Source: Octopus bimaculoides (Eukaryota). From it: 63,950 nt of DNA. The stretch covers positions 18,264,804-18,328,753 of the forward strand of contig NC_068987.1 of the NCBI RefSeq assembly GCF_001194135.2, written 5' to 3'. This document shows, in pieces, positions 1 to 11,119 of this stretch (position 1 is its first letter; every line of letters begins with the position of its first letter). The position numbers and the translations under genes were made by a program. The notes beneath the pieces were generated by a model, which was not told the origin of the DNA, made no database searches, and saw only the letters and a list, made by a program, of their open reading frames with translations.

Positions 1-305
1 TTCGTTTCCCTGTCTTGTTTTCCGTCCGCCACTACGCTCCGCGAAAACAATTTAATTTGTGTTCGTGGGAAGAACCATTTTAACGATGTGTACTGCCTTA
101 ATTCTTCGAAACGCCGGAGTTTTAATGGTGGCAGCTGATGAAGGGGATGTTTCTATGTGGCCTGCTTGTTTGTTGCACCTTGTTTACCATTTTGTCCTTG
201 TTCTTTTGCCACGTCATGTACCCAGTTATGTATCTATATGTACATGTAGATGAACGTATATACATACATGTACATATATATGCATATACTCATATATTGT
301 TTATA
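1..305 (+). mobile_element. Penelope-like (pseudo-LTR-type) repeat, young copy, truncated by window start
   Basis: 115-305 is near-identical to 41115-41302 and homologous to 62235-62430 (minus). Contains GAAAC (108-112) and CTGATGA (135-141) and runs into (TA)n. Family assignment is inferred from the inverted arrangement of the 41 kb copy. Confidence 0.5.
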
Positions 306-661
306 TATATATATATACACACACATATACATATACACTCGTGTGTGTGTGTGTATATTTATATGTGTATGTGTATATATGTGTATATATGTGTATACAT
401 ACATATGTATGTATTTAATTAGCAGTGGTATATAAATAGAAAAAAAACCTATATAATTCTGTAGTTATATTCTCTCTTTATAACAGCATTGGAAAGTCAC
501 AGCTGGTGAAGGGGGAGTGACAAAAGTAAAAGGTTGACAACTCATCACCTTCTATTGTCTGCAGCAAAGATACTCATCCGGTGGAGGTCAAGATAACTTA
601 GTTGTTGCAAGAAAGTAATTCATAACCCAACTGTAAGCAGTGGGAGATTTATAATTGATGA

Positions 662-835
662 GCACAGGCATGGCTGTGTGGTTAAGAAGTTTACTTCCTA
701 ACCACACAGTTTCAGGCTCAGTCCCACTATGTGGCACATTGAACAAGTGTCTTCCATAGTTCTACAAAACCTAATCTACTCAACAGAACTCTGTGGTTGG
801 CCTGGTAGATGAAACTGAAAGAAGCCTGTCCGATA
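662..835 (+). mobile_element. CORE-like tRNA-derived SINE, 5' half
   Basis: tRNA-like head TGGCTGTGTGGTTAAG...CAGTCCCACT, then GAACAAGTGTCTTC and GAAACTGAAAGAAGCC, followed by (TA/TG)n. Confidence 0.8.
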
Positions 836-839
836 TATA

Positions 840-874
<35 letters not shown>

Positions 875-988
875 GTGTATATGTATGTGCGCATATATAT
901 ATATATATGTATGTGTGTATATGTATGTGTGCATATATATATGTGTGTGTTTATGTATGTGTGCATATATATATATGTGTGTGTGTGT

Positions 989-1206
989 TACTCTTTACTC
1001 TTTTACTTGTTTCAGTCACTTGACTGTGGCCATGCTGGAGCACCGCCTTTAGTCGATCAAATTGACCTAGTACTTATTCTTTGTAAGCCTAGTGCTTATT
1101 CTATCGGTCTCTTTTGCCGAACCGCTAAGTTACGGGGATGTAAACACACCAGCATTGGTTGTCAAGCGATGTTGGGGGTGGGGGGACAAACACAGACACA
1201 CACACA
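989..1206 (-). mobile_element. CORE-like SINE, 3' half, opposite orientation to the preceding head
   Basis: TACTCTTTTACTTGTTTCAGTCA...GCCATGCTGGAGCACCGCC...GGACAAACACAGACAC, matching 13618-13815 and 25665-25885. Confidence 0.85.
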
Positions 1207-1339
1207 TGTTGGAACTTGACCATAATGATAATAATAATGTTATAAAACCTGCCTGGACTTTAGTCTCCAAAGCAAGAAATTATTAGTAGCTTGTATCATT
1301 ATACTGTGTATATTAAATGATATGTGTGTATTTGTATCT

Positions 1340-1535
1340 TCCTCCACCACTATTTGATGACTGGTGTTGGTTTGATTATGTCCCTGTGACTTAGCTGTTC
1401 AGTGAAAAAGACCACTAGAATAAGTACCAAGCTTAAAAATAAAAAATTGGAGTCTATTTGTTTGAGTAAGCACTTCAAGGCTGTGCCCCAGTATGGCCAC
1501 AGTCCCGTAACTGAGACCAGTAAAAGATAGAGATA
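1340..1535 (+). mobile_element. CORE-like SINE, diverged 3' half
   Basis: TAGAATAAGTACC...CCCCAGTATGGCCACAG...GAGACCAGTAAAAGA. Confidence 0.7.
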
Positions 1536-1876
1536 CATACTTTAAGCCTATGACTATATATGTAGTACTTACGCACCTATTCAATGAGTATGTTGTTGCA
1601 GTAACAAAACAACTGGATCATGTGTCATCAAACCCACAGCAACATTTATCATTGTCTTCTCTTCATCATTTCAAAGTTCACTTCTCCATGCTTGTATGGA
1701 TCAAGCAGACTTTTGAGACAGCATTTCGATGGCTGGATGACCTTCCTCTTGCCAACTCTTGCCTTTCACCAAGCAAAGGTAATATTTCCCAATGGCTGGA
1801 CAGGTGTAACGGTGAGGCTCTTTTACAGCTGTTGCACAATGCCAAGACTAGGAAATACATATACACATGTAGGCAC

Positions 1877-2278
1877 ACATGTGGCTGTGTGGTAAGTGGC
1901 TTGCTTTCCTATCACATGGTTCTAGGTGCTGTCCCACTGTGTGGCACCTTCGGCAAGTGGCTTCTACTATAGCCTCAGGCCGACCAAAACCTTGTGAATG
2001 GATTTGGTAGGTGGAAACCAAAAGAAGCCCATCATATAAGTATGTATATATATGTGTGTCTGTCTGTTTTTGTCTCCTCATCACCACTTGACAACCAGTG
2101 TTGGTGTGTTTACATCCCTTTAACTTAACAGTTCAGCAAAAGATTTTGATAGAATAAGTACTAGGCTTAAAAAAAAGCAAATCCTGAGGTCAATTTGTTC
2201 AACTAAAAACCCTTCAAGGTAGTGCTCCAGCATGACCACAGTCAAATGACTGAAACAAGAAAAAGAATAAAAGAATAC
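1877..2278 (+). mobile_element. CORE-like SINE, full length
   Basis: Head, CORE-like GCACCTTCGGCAAGTGGCTTCTACTATAGCC, short internal microsatellite, tail ending GAAACAAGAAAAAGAATA. Confidence 0.85.
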
Positions 2279-2294
2279 ACCTACATCTATACAG

Positions 2295-2430
2295 GGGGTT
2301 CCTTTCAGTTTCTCTCTATCAGATCCACTCACCACACTTTGGTCAGCCAGTGGCTATAGCACAAGACACTTTGCCCAAGGTGGCATGCAGTGGGACTGAA
2401 ACCCAAAACCCATGTTCTTAATCACAGAAA
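2295..2430 (-). mobile_element. CORE-like SINE, 5' half
   Basis: TTCAGTTTCTCTCTATCAGATCCACTCAC...CCCAAGGTGGCATGCAGTGGGACTGAA. Confidence 0.75.
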
Positions 2431-3279
2431 ATTAGACAAAATGTTTATGAAAGAGATAACAGGTCACAAAAATGTGACAACACAGAAAGATTAAAGAGAG
2501 TCAAATCCTATGAACAAACAATAAAGAACCCTCTGCATGAATAAATATAAACAAACATTATTTTCGACAGTTTCCCACCTTTTATTCTTCCTTCATTAAC
2601 TAATTAACAAAATTGCTGAGCTGAATTCCCCCNNNNNNNNNNCCCCCCCAGTATTATTATTATTATTATTATTATTATCATTTTCTACAACCTCACACAC
2701 AGACATGCCTACAAACACTCCTACGCATACCCACACACTCATTTATTCACGGCATCACGTCATTGATTTTATTGTGTTGTTATTGTGTCAATAATACTGT
2801 TCCAATAATATTAATTTAATTTTAATTCCATATGTTAACACAAAACCAACTTTTTAGGCGAAGTGGAATTCAGGGCTGTAATAGTCTTACCTTTGTTTAG
2901 AGCAGTAGTGGCAAGCCTTTTTTTTTATTATTATATTTGGTCNNNNNNNNNNTTTTTTTTTTTTTTTTTTTTGTGGCGCCCAGTGTACTAAGATTTTAAT
3001 GAACTAATTGACAAAATTGCAATTACTAGGCAATTTTCTTTATGGATTTTTTTTTCTTTTTTGTTTTTGCTTTATTATCTACATGTTAAAATTTATTGTC
3101 AAGTGAAATATTATAGATTATTTTACTTAAAAAAATGCCACAAATCATATTTCTCTTAAATGCATCCATGTTGTTGTTTGGTACCAGATCAGCCCCGATT
3201 GAGGCGATCTTTCATCAGAGGCGTTCCAGCAATGAGCAACCCACCTTTTTTCTTTTTTCTTTCTTCTGGTATAATATAC

Positions 3280-3360
3280 CTTGGACTACATTATTCAGTG
3301 TAGTCTTCCATTTTGAAGTCAGTAGAGGCTTGTCATTTGAGAGAAGTTTTGCTGCTGTTT
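3280..3360 (-). CDS. Weak candidate internal exon (81 nt, phase 1-1), product unknown
   Basis: Acceptor ttacttgatttgctag|, donor CAAG|gtatat; only one frame is open: (E)TAAKLLSNDKPLLTSKWKTTLNNVVQ(G). No homology recognised. Confidence 0.2.
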
Positions 3361-3429
3361 CTAGCAAATCAAGTAATTACATAGATGCTCTCTCTCTTTG
3401 ATTTGTCTTCAATAAAGTCGTTAGTATAG

Positions 3430-3589
3430 GTGACTCATTAGTGTGGTTAAAAACTCTGCTTCCCAATGACATGGTTTGGGGTTCAGTCTTTGTGCATGGC
3501 TTTTTGAGCAAGTGTTCTCTGCAATAGCGCCAGGCAAACCAAACTCTTGTGAATTGATTTGGTTAACAGAAACTGAATGGGCCTTGCTC

Positions 3590-3600
<11 letters not shown>
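3430..3600 (+). mobile_element. CORE-like SINE, diverged 5' half
   Basis: GTGTGGTTAAAA...GGGTTCAGTC...GAGCAAGTGTTCT...GAAACTGAA, then (TG)/(TA)n. Confidence 0.65.
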
Positions 3601-3631
<31 letters not shown>

Positions 3632-4187
3632 AAATAATTGAAATTCAGTTGAATTAGGTACTTAAGTTGAAGCACCAAGTCAGTCCGGTATTATCCGCAC
3701 AGCTCGAAGTAAGGATTGTGGTTCATTTCTAATTTATTTGTCTTTTTGTCAACTACTAAATCTAAGACTTGAGAGGACTGTGTCTGTTTGGAATGAAAGA
3801 CAAGAGTGAGTTGACAGCTCATGGCTAGGTATGCTCATAAATATTGTCAAAATATTAGGAGTAGTAAATTAGGTATAAAGTAGCTGTCTATAAAGGAGGC
3901 TGGGTAGGGGAAGACCCTAAATCATGGTGTTAATTACCAGTTAAAGGGGCAAGACACTAATAAAACCTTTGATGTTAATACAGAGGAAATTTTATCTTGG
4001 AGTACTATGGGTGATTGTTTATAAACAATATTATGTTGTATAAAGATAAAATTTAAGATTATCAAAAATGATATCATAACCAAAATAGGTAAAATGTGTA
4101 TATATATATATATATATATATCAATTTTCAACATTAAAAAGGAAAGATTACATAGAATCAGTTTAATAGTCATTCATGTAATTAATT

Positions 4188-5277
4188 GTTTACCTATTGG
4201 GTGGTTTCTATAAAGACTGCTCTGGGCACTTACCTATAGAATACTGGAAAGATAAACAAGCTATCTATATATTAATTATAAGCCAAGAATCAGAAAAAAT
4301 AAAGATGTTTACAGATACACACACATATTTATCTATGTGCACACATGCACACCTACATTAATATTTATACATTTATTGGATATAGTACAACCATCTCGCA
4401 TATGTTATAAGCTATATGGTATGGTATGTGGTGTGCTATATGTAATTACTATCCCATCGAAACAACTGCCTAGTTAGTCTGACTTCGTCATGTTTTTGGT
4501 GATTAAACTATTTGTTCCTTTCTATGATGTTCTACCCTACTGATCATATTATGTATATTTGTAATAGCTTTTATGTAAGTAAGTCTCCTAATTATATACC
4601 CACTAGAAACTATAAAATCATATATGTAATAGTACCTGTAACATTGCAACTTATAAAATCTCTTCGGTCGGAATACCTTCAACTGCCCTCGTTACTCCCA
4701 TACCTACTACCTCCTCTTTTAAGCTCACCTTTACCTCTTCCCTACCTCAAATTTTAATACCCTGTCTCTTTAAATGTAAGTTATATTTATTTCTTATCAT
4801 TTTCTATAAATTCTTATTATTTTGTTTTCTTACTTTGATATCCTTACCTATTAACCTTTTATCCCTAAAAATTGTTACTGTTCTTAAATAGAGATTTTTC
4901 AGCTACTTAAGTCTATGCAAGATGGTTATACTGCATCCATATAAACGTATAAATATTTGTTTATGTGTATATATGCATATATGTACATAACCTATTAACC
5001 TCTTATCCCTTATAAATTGTTATCTTTCTTGTTTGTAAATAGATACTTTTTACTTACTTAAGCTTAGTCGAGATGGTTATATATTTATCCATATAAGCGT
5101 ATAAATATTTATGTAGGTGTGCATGTGTGCACATAGATAAATACATGTGTGTATCTGCACACCTTTATGTTTTCTGATTCTTGGTTTATAATTAATATAT
5201 AGATAGCATGTTTATCTTTCCAGTATTCCATAGGTAAATGCCCAGAGCAGTCTTTATAGATACCACCTAATAAGCAA
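4188..5277. mobile_element. Penelope-like element relic: ~210-bp inverted arms around a spacer, with a partial direct repeat
   Basis: 4188-4398 is the reverse complement of 5068-5277 with high but imperfect identity; 4846-4962 is repeated directly at about 4990-5108. Confidence 0.5.
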
Positions 5278-5844
5278 ATGATTTTTATTCCCATGCTGGC
5301 CACTTGATGAAATCGATATTTAAATATCGATCTTATCCTTATTTATATAAATTTATATATATACACACACACACACACACACANNNNNNNNNNNNNNNNN
5401 NNNNNNNNNNNNNNNNNNNNNNNNNNNNNNNNNNNNNNNNNNNNNNNNNNNNNNNNNNNNNNNNNNNNNNNNNNNNNNNNNNNNNNNNNNNNNNNNNNNN
5501 NNNNNNNNNNNNNNNNNNNNNNNNNNNNNNNNNNNNNNNNNNNNNNNNNNNNNNNNNNNNNNNNNNNNNNNNNNNNNNNNNNNNNNNNNNNNNNNNNNNN
5601 NNNNNNNNNNNNNNNNNNNNNNNNNNNNNNNNNNNNNNNNNNNNNNNNNNNNNNNNNNNNNNNNNNNNNNNNNNNNNNNNNNNNNNNNNNNNNNNNNNNN
5701 NNNNNNNNNNNNNNNNNNNNNNNNNNNNNNNNNNNTCTCCTCTTTAGAAACCAATCTATTTTTGTCTCCATGCCATTCTCAGTTGAAAACAGCTGATTCT
5801 TGTTAATGACAATCACTTTGTTATATTCATGCAAAAATAAGTGT

Positions 5845-6006
5845 GAATGAATACATAGCTGTATGATTAGGAATTTCACTCTGTATCTCAAAATTCTAGG
5901 TTCAATCTCATTGTACAGCACTTAGGGCAAGTATCTTCTGCTGTAACCTCAGTAGGACTATCACTTATGTGGAATTTGATAGACGAAATGTGTAGAAGGC
6001 CATTAN
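5845..6006 (+). mobile_element. CORE-like SINE, diverged 5' half (runs into a gap)
   Basis: GGTTCAATCTCATTGTACAGCACTTAGGGCAAGTATCTTCTGCT. Confidence 0.6.
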
Positions 6007-6824
6007 NNNNNNNNNNNNNNNNNNNNNNNNNNNNNNNNNNNNNNNNNNNNNNNNNNNNNNNNNNNNNNNNNNNNNNNNNNNNNNNNNNNNNNNNNNNNNN
6101 NNNNNNNNNNNNNNNNNNNNNNNNNNNNNNNNNNNNNNNNNNNNNNNNNNNNNNNNNNNNNNNNNNNNNNNNNNNNNNNNNNNNNNNNNNNNNNNNNNNN
6201 NNNNNNNNNNNNNNNNNNNNNNNNNNNNNNNNNNNNNNNNNNNNNNNNNNNNNNNNNNNNNNNNNNNNNNNNNNNNNNNNNNNNNNNNNNNNNNNNNNNN
6301 NNNNNNNNNNNNNNNNNNNNNNNNNNNNNNNNNNNNNNNNNNNNNNNNNNNNNNNNNNNNNNNNNNNNNNNNNNNNNNNNNNNNNNNNNNNNNNNNNNNN
6401 NNNNNNNNNNNNNNNNNNNNNNNNNNNNNNNNNNNNNNNNNNNNNNNNNNNNNNNNNNNNNNNNNNNNNNNNNNNNNNNNNNNNNNNNNNNNNNNNNNNN
6501 NNNNNNNNNNNNNNNNNNNNNNNNNNNNNNNNNNNNNNNNNNNNNNNNNNNNNNNNNNNNNNNNNNNNNNNNNNNNNNNNNNNNNNNNNNNNNNNNNNNN
6601 NNNNNNNNNNNNNNNAAAAGGTATGACCATTCAATATTAATTTCTTTTTATCCCTTTTTATTTATTCGTTTTTGTAATCTTTACTTGTGAAAAGATTAAA
6701 AAAAAGAAAGTCTTCTTCTTCTTCATCATCATCATTAACATCATCATCAACATCATTAACATCAACATCATTAACATCATCATCATTAACATCATCATCA
6801 TTAACATCATCATCATTTGATTGA

Positions 6825-7175
6825 CTGGGGGTGGGTCGATAAAATAAGTACCAGTTAAGTATTTGGGTTGATGTAACCAACTTACCCACTAGCCCCAAAA
6901 TTCTAGCCTTGTACCTATAGTAGACAGGGCTATTATCATTATGGCAACAAGCCAGGAGAATCATTGATATGTTGGAGAATACGCTTAAGGCATTTCTTCC
7001 TGCTCTTTATGTGCAAGCTCAAATCCTGCTGAGGTTAACTTATCTTTCATCCTTTCAGGGTCAATGTAATAAAGTACCAGTTTGTTTACTAGGGATGATG
7101 TTATCATCTTGCCTGCACCCCTCTGTATTGCTGGCTTTGTGCTAAAATTAGAAACCATTATTGTCGTCATCGTCA
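6825..7175 (+). mobile_element. Two partial Meta-domain-like SINE copies
   Basis: GGGTCGATAAAATAAGTACCAGT and CTTTCATCCTTTCAGGGTCAAT motifs; GCCTTGT...-type tails. Confidence 0.65.
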
Positions 7176-7289
7176 TCAAGCGAGCTGGCAAAATAACCAG
7201 CACACTGGATAAAATTCTTATCGGCATTTCTTCCAGTTTTACACTTCTAAGTTCAAATGCCACTGTCGATGACATTATCTTACATCCTG

Positions 7290-7770
7290 GGTCGATAAGA
7301 TAAAATAAATACAAGAGACCGAGACCTTTGGAGATGAGCTGTTATTGAGAAAACCCGGCAAGTAAAGTGAGATTGCAGCTGCAGCCGATACCAGTGTCGC
7401 ATAACCAGCCCATTTAAAAGTACCCTTGGATCACTGGGTGACATGCTGTGCTTGAGAAGACCTGTTGAGTCAAGTGAAATTACAGTCATGACCAATGCCA
7501 GTGCCATCTGACTGGCACCTGTGCTGGTGGCACATAAGAATCACCATTCAAACATGGTCGATGCCAGTGCCCTCTGACTGGCCCCTGTGCCAGTGGCACG
7601 TAAAAAGCACCCACTACACTCTCAGCGTGGTTGGTGTTAGGAAGAGCATCCAGCTGTATAAACCTTTGCCAGATAAGATTGGAGCCTGGTGCAGCCTACT
7701 GGCTTGCTAGTCCTCCATCAAACCATCCAACTCATGCAGCCATGGAAAACGGACATTAAACGATGATGAT
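7290..7770 (+). mobile_element. RTE-type retroelement 3' end, (GAT)n-tailed, variant A
   Basis: Two ~65-bp GTGCC-NNN-GGCAC units, GGAAGAGCATCCAGCTGTA, ...GGAAAACGGACATTAAACGATGATGATGA. Homologous to 29484-29720, 50843-51003 and 57250-57672. Confidence 0.7.
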
Positions 7771-7889
7771 GACCAGTTGCACACTACAAGATTAATATAA
7801 TTAACTAGCCCCCTTTCTGTAAAGATGCTGGCTTTGTGCTCATAGCAGAAAGAATTATCATTATTAAGGTGAAATGACAAAACCATTAG

Positions 7890-8109
7890 AGCACTATAAA
7901 TAAATGTTTGCACGATTTTCTTCAGCTCTTTATGTTTTGAGTTCAAATCCTATCACTGTCTACTTTACCTTTCATCCCTCTTTGGGTCCATTAAAATAAA
8001 CCACCATTCAAGTATTAGGGTTGAATTTTTGAGAAGGGGTGGAGGTTATTGAATAATCTCCTTCCTCTCAAAATTGCTGGCCTTGTTTCATAATCAGAAA
8101 CCATTAAGG

Positions 8110-8141
<32 letters not shown>

Positions 8142-8625
8142 GCAGTTATTTTTTCATTCTTAATTTGTTAGCCGAGGCATTTGGTTTATTTTGTTTGTTT
8201 GTTTTCCTTTTCCCACAGGTGTCTTGTTTTCGCATGGGTACTTGTCTTTGTTGTTTTTCAGCCAAAACAAACTGACCACTTTTTATATTGATTTTTTTTA
8301 CTTACATTATGAGTATTTTGTTTTGTTTTAAAGTAGGTTTCCATATTGCTGTTACAATGATCTGATTATTGTTGTTGTTATTAGTTTACTACTTAAGATA
8401 ACAAGCTGGAAGAATTATTACTACGCTGGGAAAAATGCTTAGCAGCATTTCTTCTGACTTTGTGTTCTGAGTTCAAATGCCACTCAGGTTGACTTTGCCT
8501 TTCATCCCCTTGGGGTCAATGAAATAAGTGCCACTTGAACATTGGGGTCGATGTAATCAACTTACTCCTCTGAAATTGCTGGCCTTGTGCCAAAATTAGA
8601 AATCATCATCATTATTATTATTGAG
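7890..8625 (+). mobile_element. Two Meta-domain-like SINE copies with AAATTGCTGGCCTTGT tails
   Basis: About 7890-8110 and 8400-8625: GAGTTCAAAT B-box, TTTGCCTTTCATCC, tails ending in (GTT)n/(ATT)n. Confidence 0.75.
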
Positions 8626-9085
8626 TGAGAGAGCAGTGCATGCCATCAAAGTGACACGGGGGTAAAATATACGAAGCCCATTATACCCATCATGACTACC
8701 CGTCTGATAAGGGTACACCAGGCACATGCATCACAACCATATGTGCACGACATGGTGATCTCGTATCAAGATAAACAGCGCATGATCTTGCAGGTGGAGC
8801 CCAGCTAGAATTTTCATCAGGTCGAGTAGTCCATACTGCTCAAAAGGTCACTGAATAATGGTTGTTTAAGGATGTTGAATGAAACACCCATATTTCCAGA
8901 GGTGAATTATTCAAACCCCAAAAAATTCCTCACAACACATGGCTATGATGTTCCCCCACTACTTCTGCTCGTGCTGAAAGATGCACAAATGGTCAACCAC
9001 CAAGGGACATGTTCAACTGGTTAAGGTTAAACAACTGACAAACATATCTGTGGTATTGAGCAGAATATTTGTTGTAGCCCATCTA
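8624..9085 (-). mobile_element. ~460-bp interspersed repeat inserted into (ATT)n, probable retroelement 3' portion
   Basis: Complex sequence flanked on both sides by (ATT)n (about 8611-8623 and 9085-9111). Orientation and family are uncertain. Confidence 0.5.
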
Positions 9086-9111
9086 TTATTATTATTATTA
9101 TTATTATTATT

Positions 9112-9815
9112 AAGGTGGTGAGCTGGCAAAATTGTTAGCATGTTGGGCGAAATGCTTTGCAGCACTTCGTCTGTCTGCATGTTCTGAGTTCAAACTGCGC
9201 CGAGGTTGACTTTGCCTTTCATCCTTTGGGGGTCGATAAACTAAGTACCAGTGTAACACTGAGGTCAATGTAATTGAATGGTCCCCTTCCCAAAAATTTC
9301 GGGCCTTGTGCCTGTAGAAGGAAGGATTATTATTATTAAGGTGGACTAGCAGAGCCGTTAGTACATCGGGTAATATACTTAGCGGCATTTCATCCATCTT
9401 TACAATTCTGCGTTCAAATTCTGCTGAGATCAACTTTACCTTTCATCCTTTCAAGGTCGATAGAATAAGTACCAGTTGAACACTGGGGTCAATGTAATCG
9501 ACATAACCCTCCCCAAAATTTTCCAGGCTTTGTACCTATAATAAAATTATTATTGTTATTGTTGTTAAGGTGGTAAAACTAGTAGAATCATTAGTTCATT
9601 GGACAAAATCCTCAATGATATTTTTTTCCCAGCTTTTACATTCTGAGTTCAAATTCCTCCATGGTCTACTTTGCCATACATTCTTTCAGGGTCTCTAAAA
9701 TAAGTACCATTTGAGCAGTGGAGTTGATGAAATTGACTTATCCTTACTAGCCACAAAATTTCAGGCCTTGTGCCTGTAGTAGAAAGAATTGTTGTTGTTG
9801 TTGTTGTTGTTGTTA
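9112..9815 (+). mobile_element. Head-to-tail array of three Meta-domain-like SINEs
   Basis: Units start at about 9112, 9338 and 9567, each at an (ATT/GTT)n-TTAAGGTGG junction; each has GTTCAAA(T/C)T, an ...TTCATCCTT... central domain and a GC(C/T)TTGT(G/A)CCT tail. Confidence 0.85.
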
Positions 9816-10763
9816 TAACTATCATTACTTATTTCCCCATTATAGAAATCAATGGTTTTTGCCAGTTAATTAGCAAACTCACTTCCCCCCCTCTCCCNNN
9901 NNNNNNNNNNNNNNNNNNNNNNNNNNNNNNNNNNNNNNNNNNNNNNNNNNNNNNNNNNNNNNNNNNNNNNNNNNNNNNNNNNNNNNNNNNNNNNNNNNNN
10001 NNNNNNNNNNNNNNNNNNNNNNNNNNNNNNNNNNNNNNNNNNNNNNNNNNNNNNNNNNNNNNNNNNNNNNNNNNNNNNNNNNNNNNNNNNNNNNNNNNNN
10101 NNNNNNNNNNNNNNNNNNNNNNNNNNNNNNNNNNNNNNNNNNNNNNNNNNNNNNNNNNNNNNNNNNNNNNNNNNNNNNNNNNNNNNNNNNNNNNNNNNNN
10201 NNNNNNNNNNNNNNNNNNNNNNNNNNNNNNNNNNNNNNNNNNNNNNNNNNNNNNNNNNNNNNNNNNNNNNNNNNNNNNNNNNNNNNNNNNNNNNNNNNNN
10301 NNNNNNNNNNNNNNNNNNNNNNNNNNNNNNNNNNNNNNNNNNNNNNNNNNNNNNNNNNNNNNNNNNNNNNNNNNNNNNNNNNNNNNNNNNNNNNNNNNNN
10401 NNNNNNNNNNNNNNNNNNNNNNNNNNNNNNNNNNNNNNNNNNNNNNNNNNNNNNNNNNNNNNNNNNNNNNNNNNNNNNNNNNNNNNNNNNNNNNNNNNNN
10501 NNNNNNNNNNNNNNNNNNNNNNNNNNNNNNNNNNNNNNNNNNNNNNNNNNNNNNNNNNNNNNNNNNNNNNNNNNNNNNNNNNNNNNNNNNNNNNNNNNNN
10601 NNNNNNNNNNNNNNNNNNNNNNNNNNNNNNNNNNNNNNNNNNNNNNNNNNNNNNNNNNNNNNNNNNNNNNNNNNNNNNNNNNNNNNNNNNNNNNNNNNNN
10701 NNNNNNNNNNNNNNNNNNNNNNNNNNNNNNNNNNNNNNNNNNNNNNNNNNNNNNNNNNNNNNN

Positions 10764-11055
10764 GGGTTTTCAAACTGTAGTCCGTGGACCACAGGGGGTC
10801 CGCAAGGACAAGACAGGGGGTCCGTGGACAGCAAATACTTTTTATGGGCAATTTGATTTTATATATGTTTTTTAATCGAAATCTTTTAATTGACAATAAA
10901 CCTATTTGTTAAATACTGTTAAATAAATAAATGTAAAAATATGTTATTTTAAGGAAATATTTATGTATAAATTTCATAAGCGTTTATAAGGGGGTCCCTA
11001 AGGTAAAGCCTGAAATATAAAGGGGTCCGCAAGTCAAAAAGTTTGAAAACCCCTG
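10764..11055. mobile_element. hAT-type MITE
   Basis: Left GGGTTTTCAAACT (abuts a gap) is the reverse complement of right AGTTTGAAAACCC(CTG); four subterminal (G)GGGGTCC motifs. TSD cannot be checked because of the gap. Confidence 0.8.
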
Positions 11056-11119
11056 TTCTAGCTGATCCTCATGTGATTGGTGATTGGCTTGGTGAAGAAT
11101 GTAGACTTCCTAAAGTGTC

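Noticed and set aside
59-422. Shared peptide LRNA.V.M.AADEGDV in ORFs at 59-253 and 62185-62514
   Set aside because: Differences are not synonymous-biased and an indel follows immediately, so the conservation is better explained at the nucleotide/RNA level.
3180-3235. Minus-strand CTGATGA plus hairpin (hammerhead- or SECIS-like)
   Set aside because: No GAAA box after the hairpin and no closing GA for a SECIS quartet.
8190-8280. Strong plus-strand acceptor ttttccttttcccacag|G at 8219
   Set aside because: Only a weak donor nearby and no convincing open frame or partner exon.
9112-9815. Regularly spaced repeats reminiscent of a CRISPR array (also 28245-28760)
   Set aside because: Units are ~225-bp diverged SINEs or microsatellite-derived, with no unique spacers and no cas genes, in a eukaryotic context.
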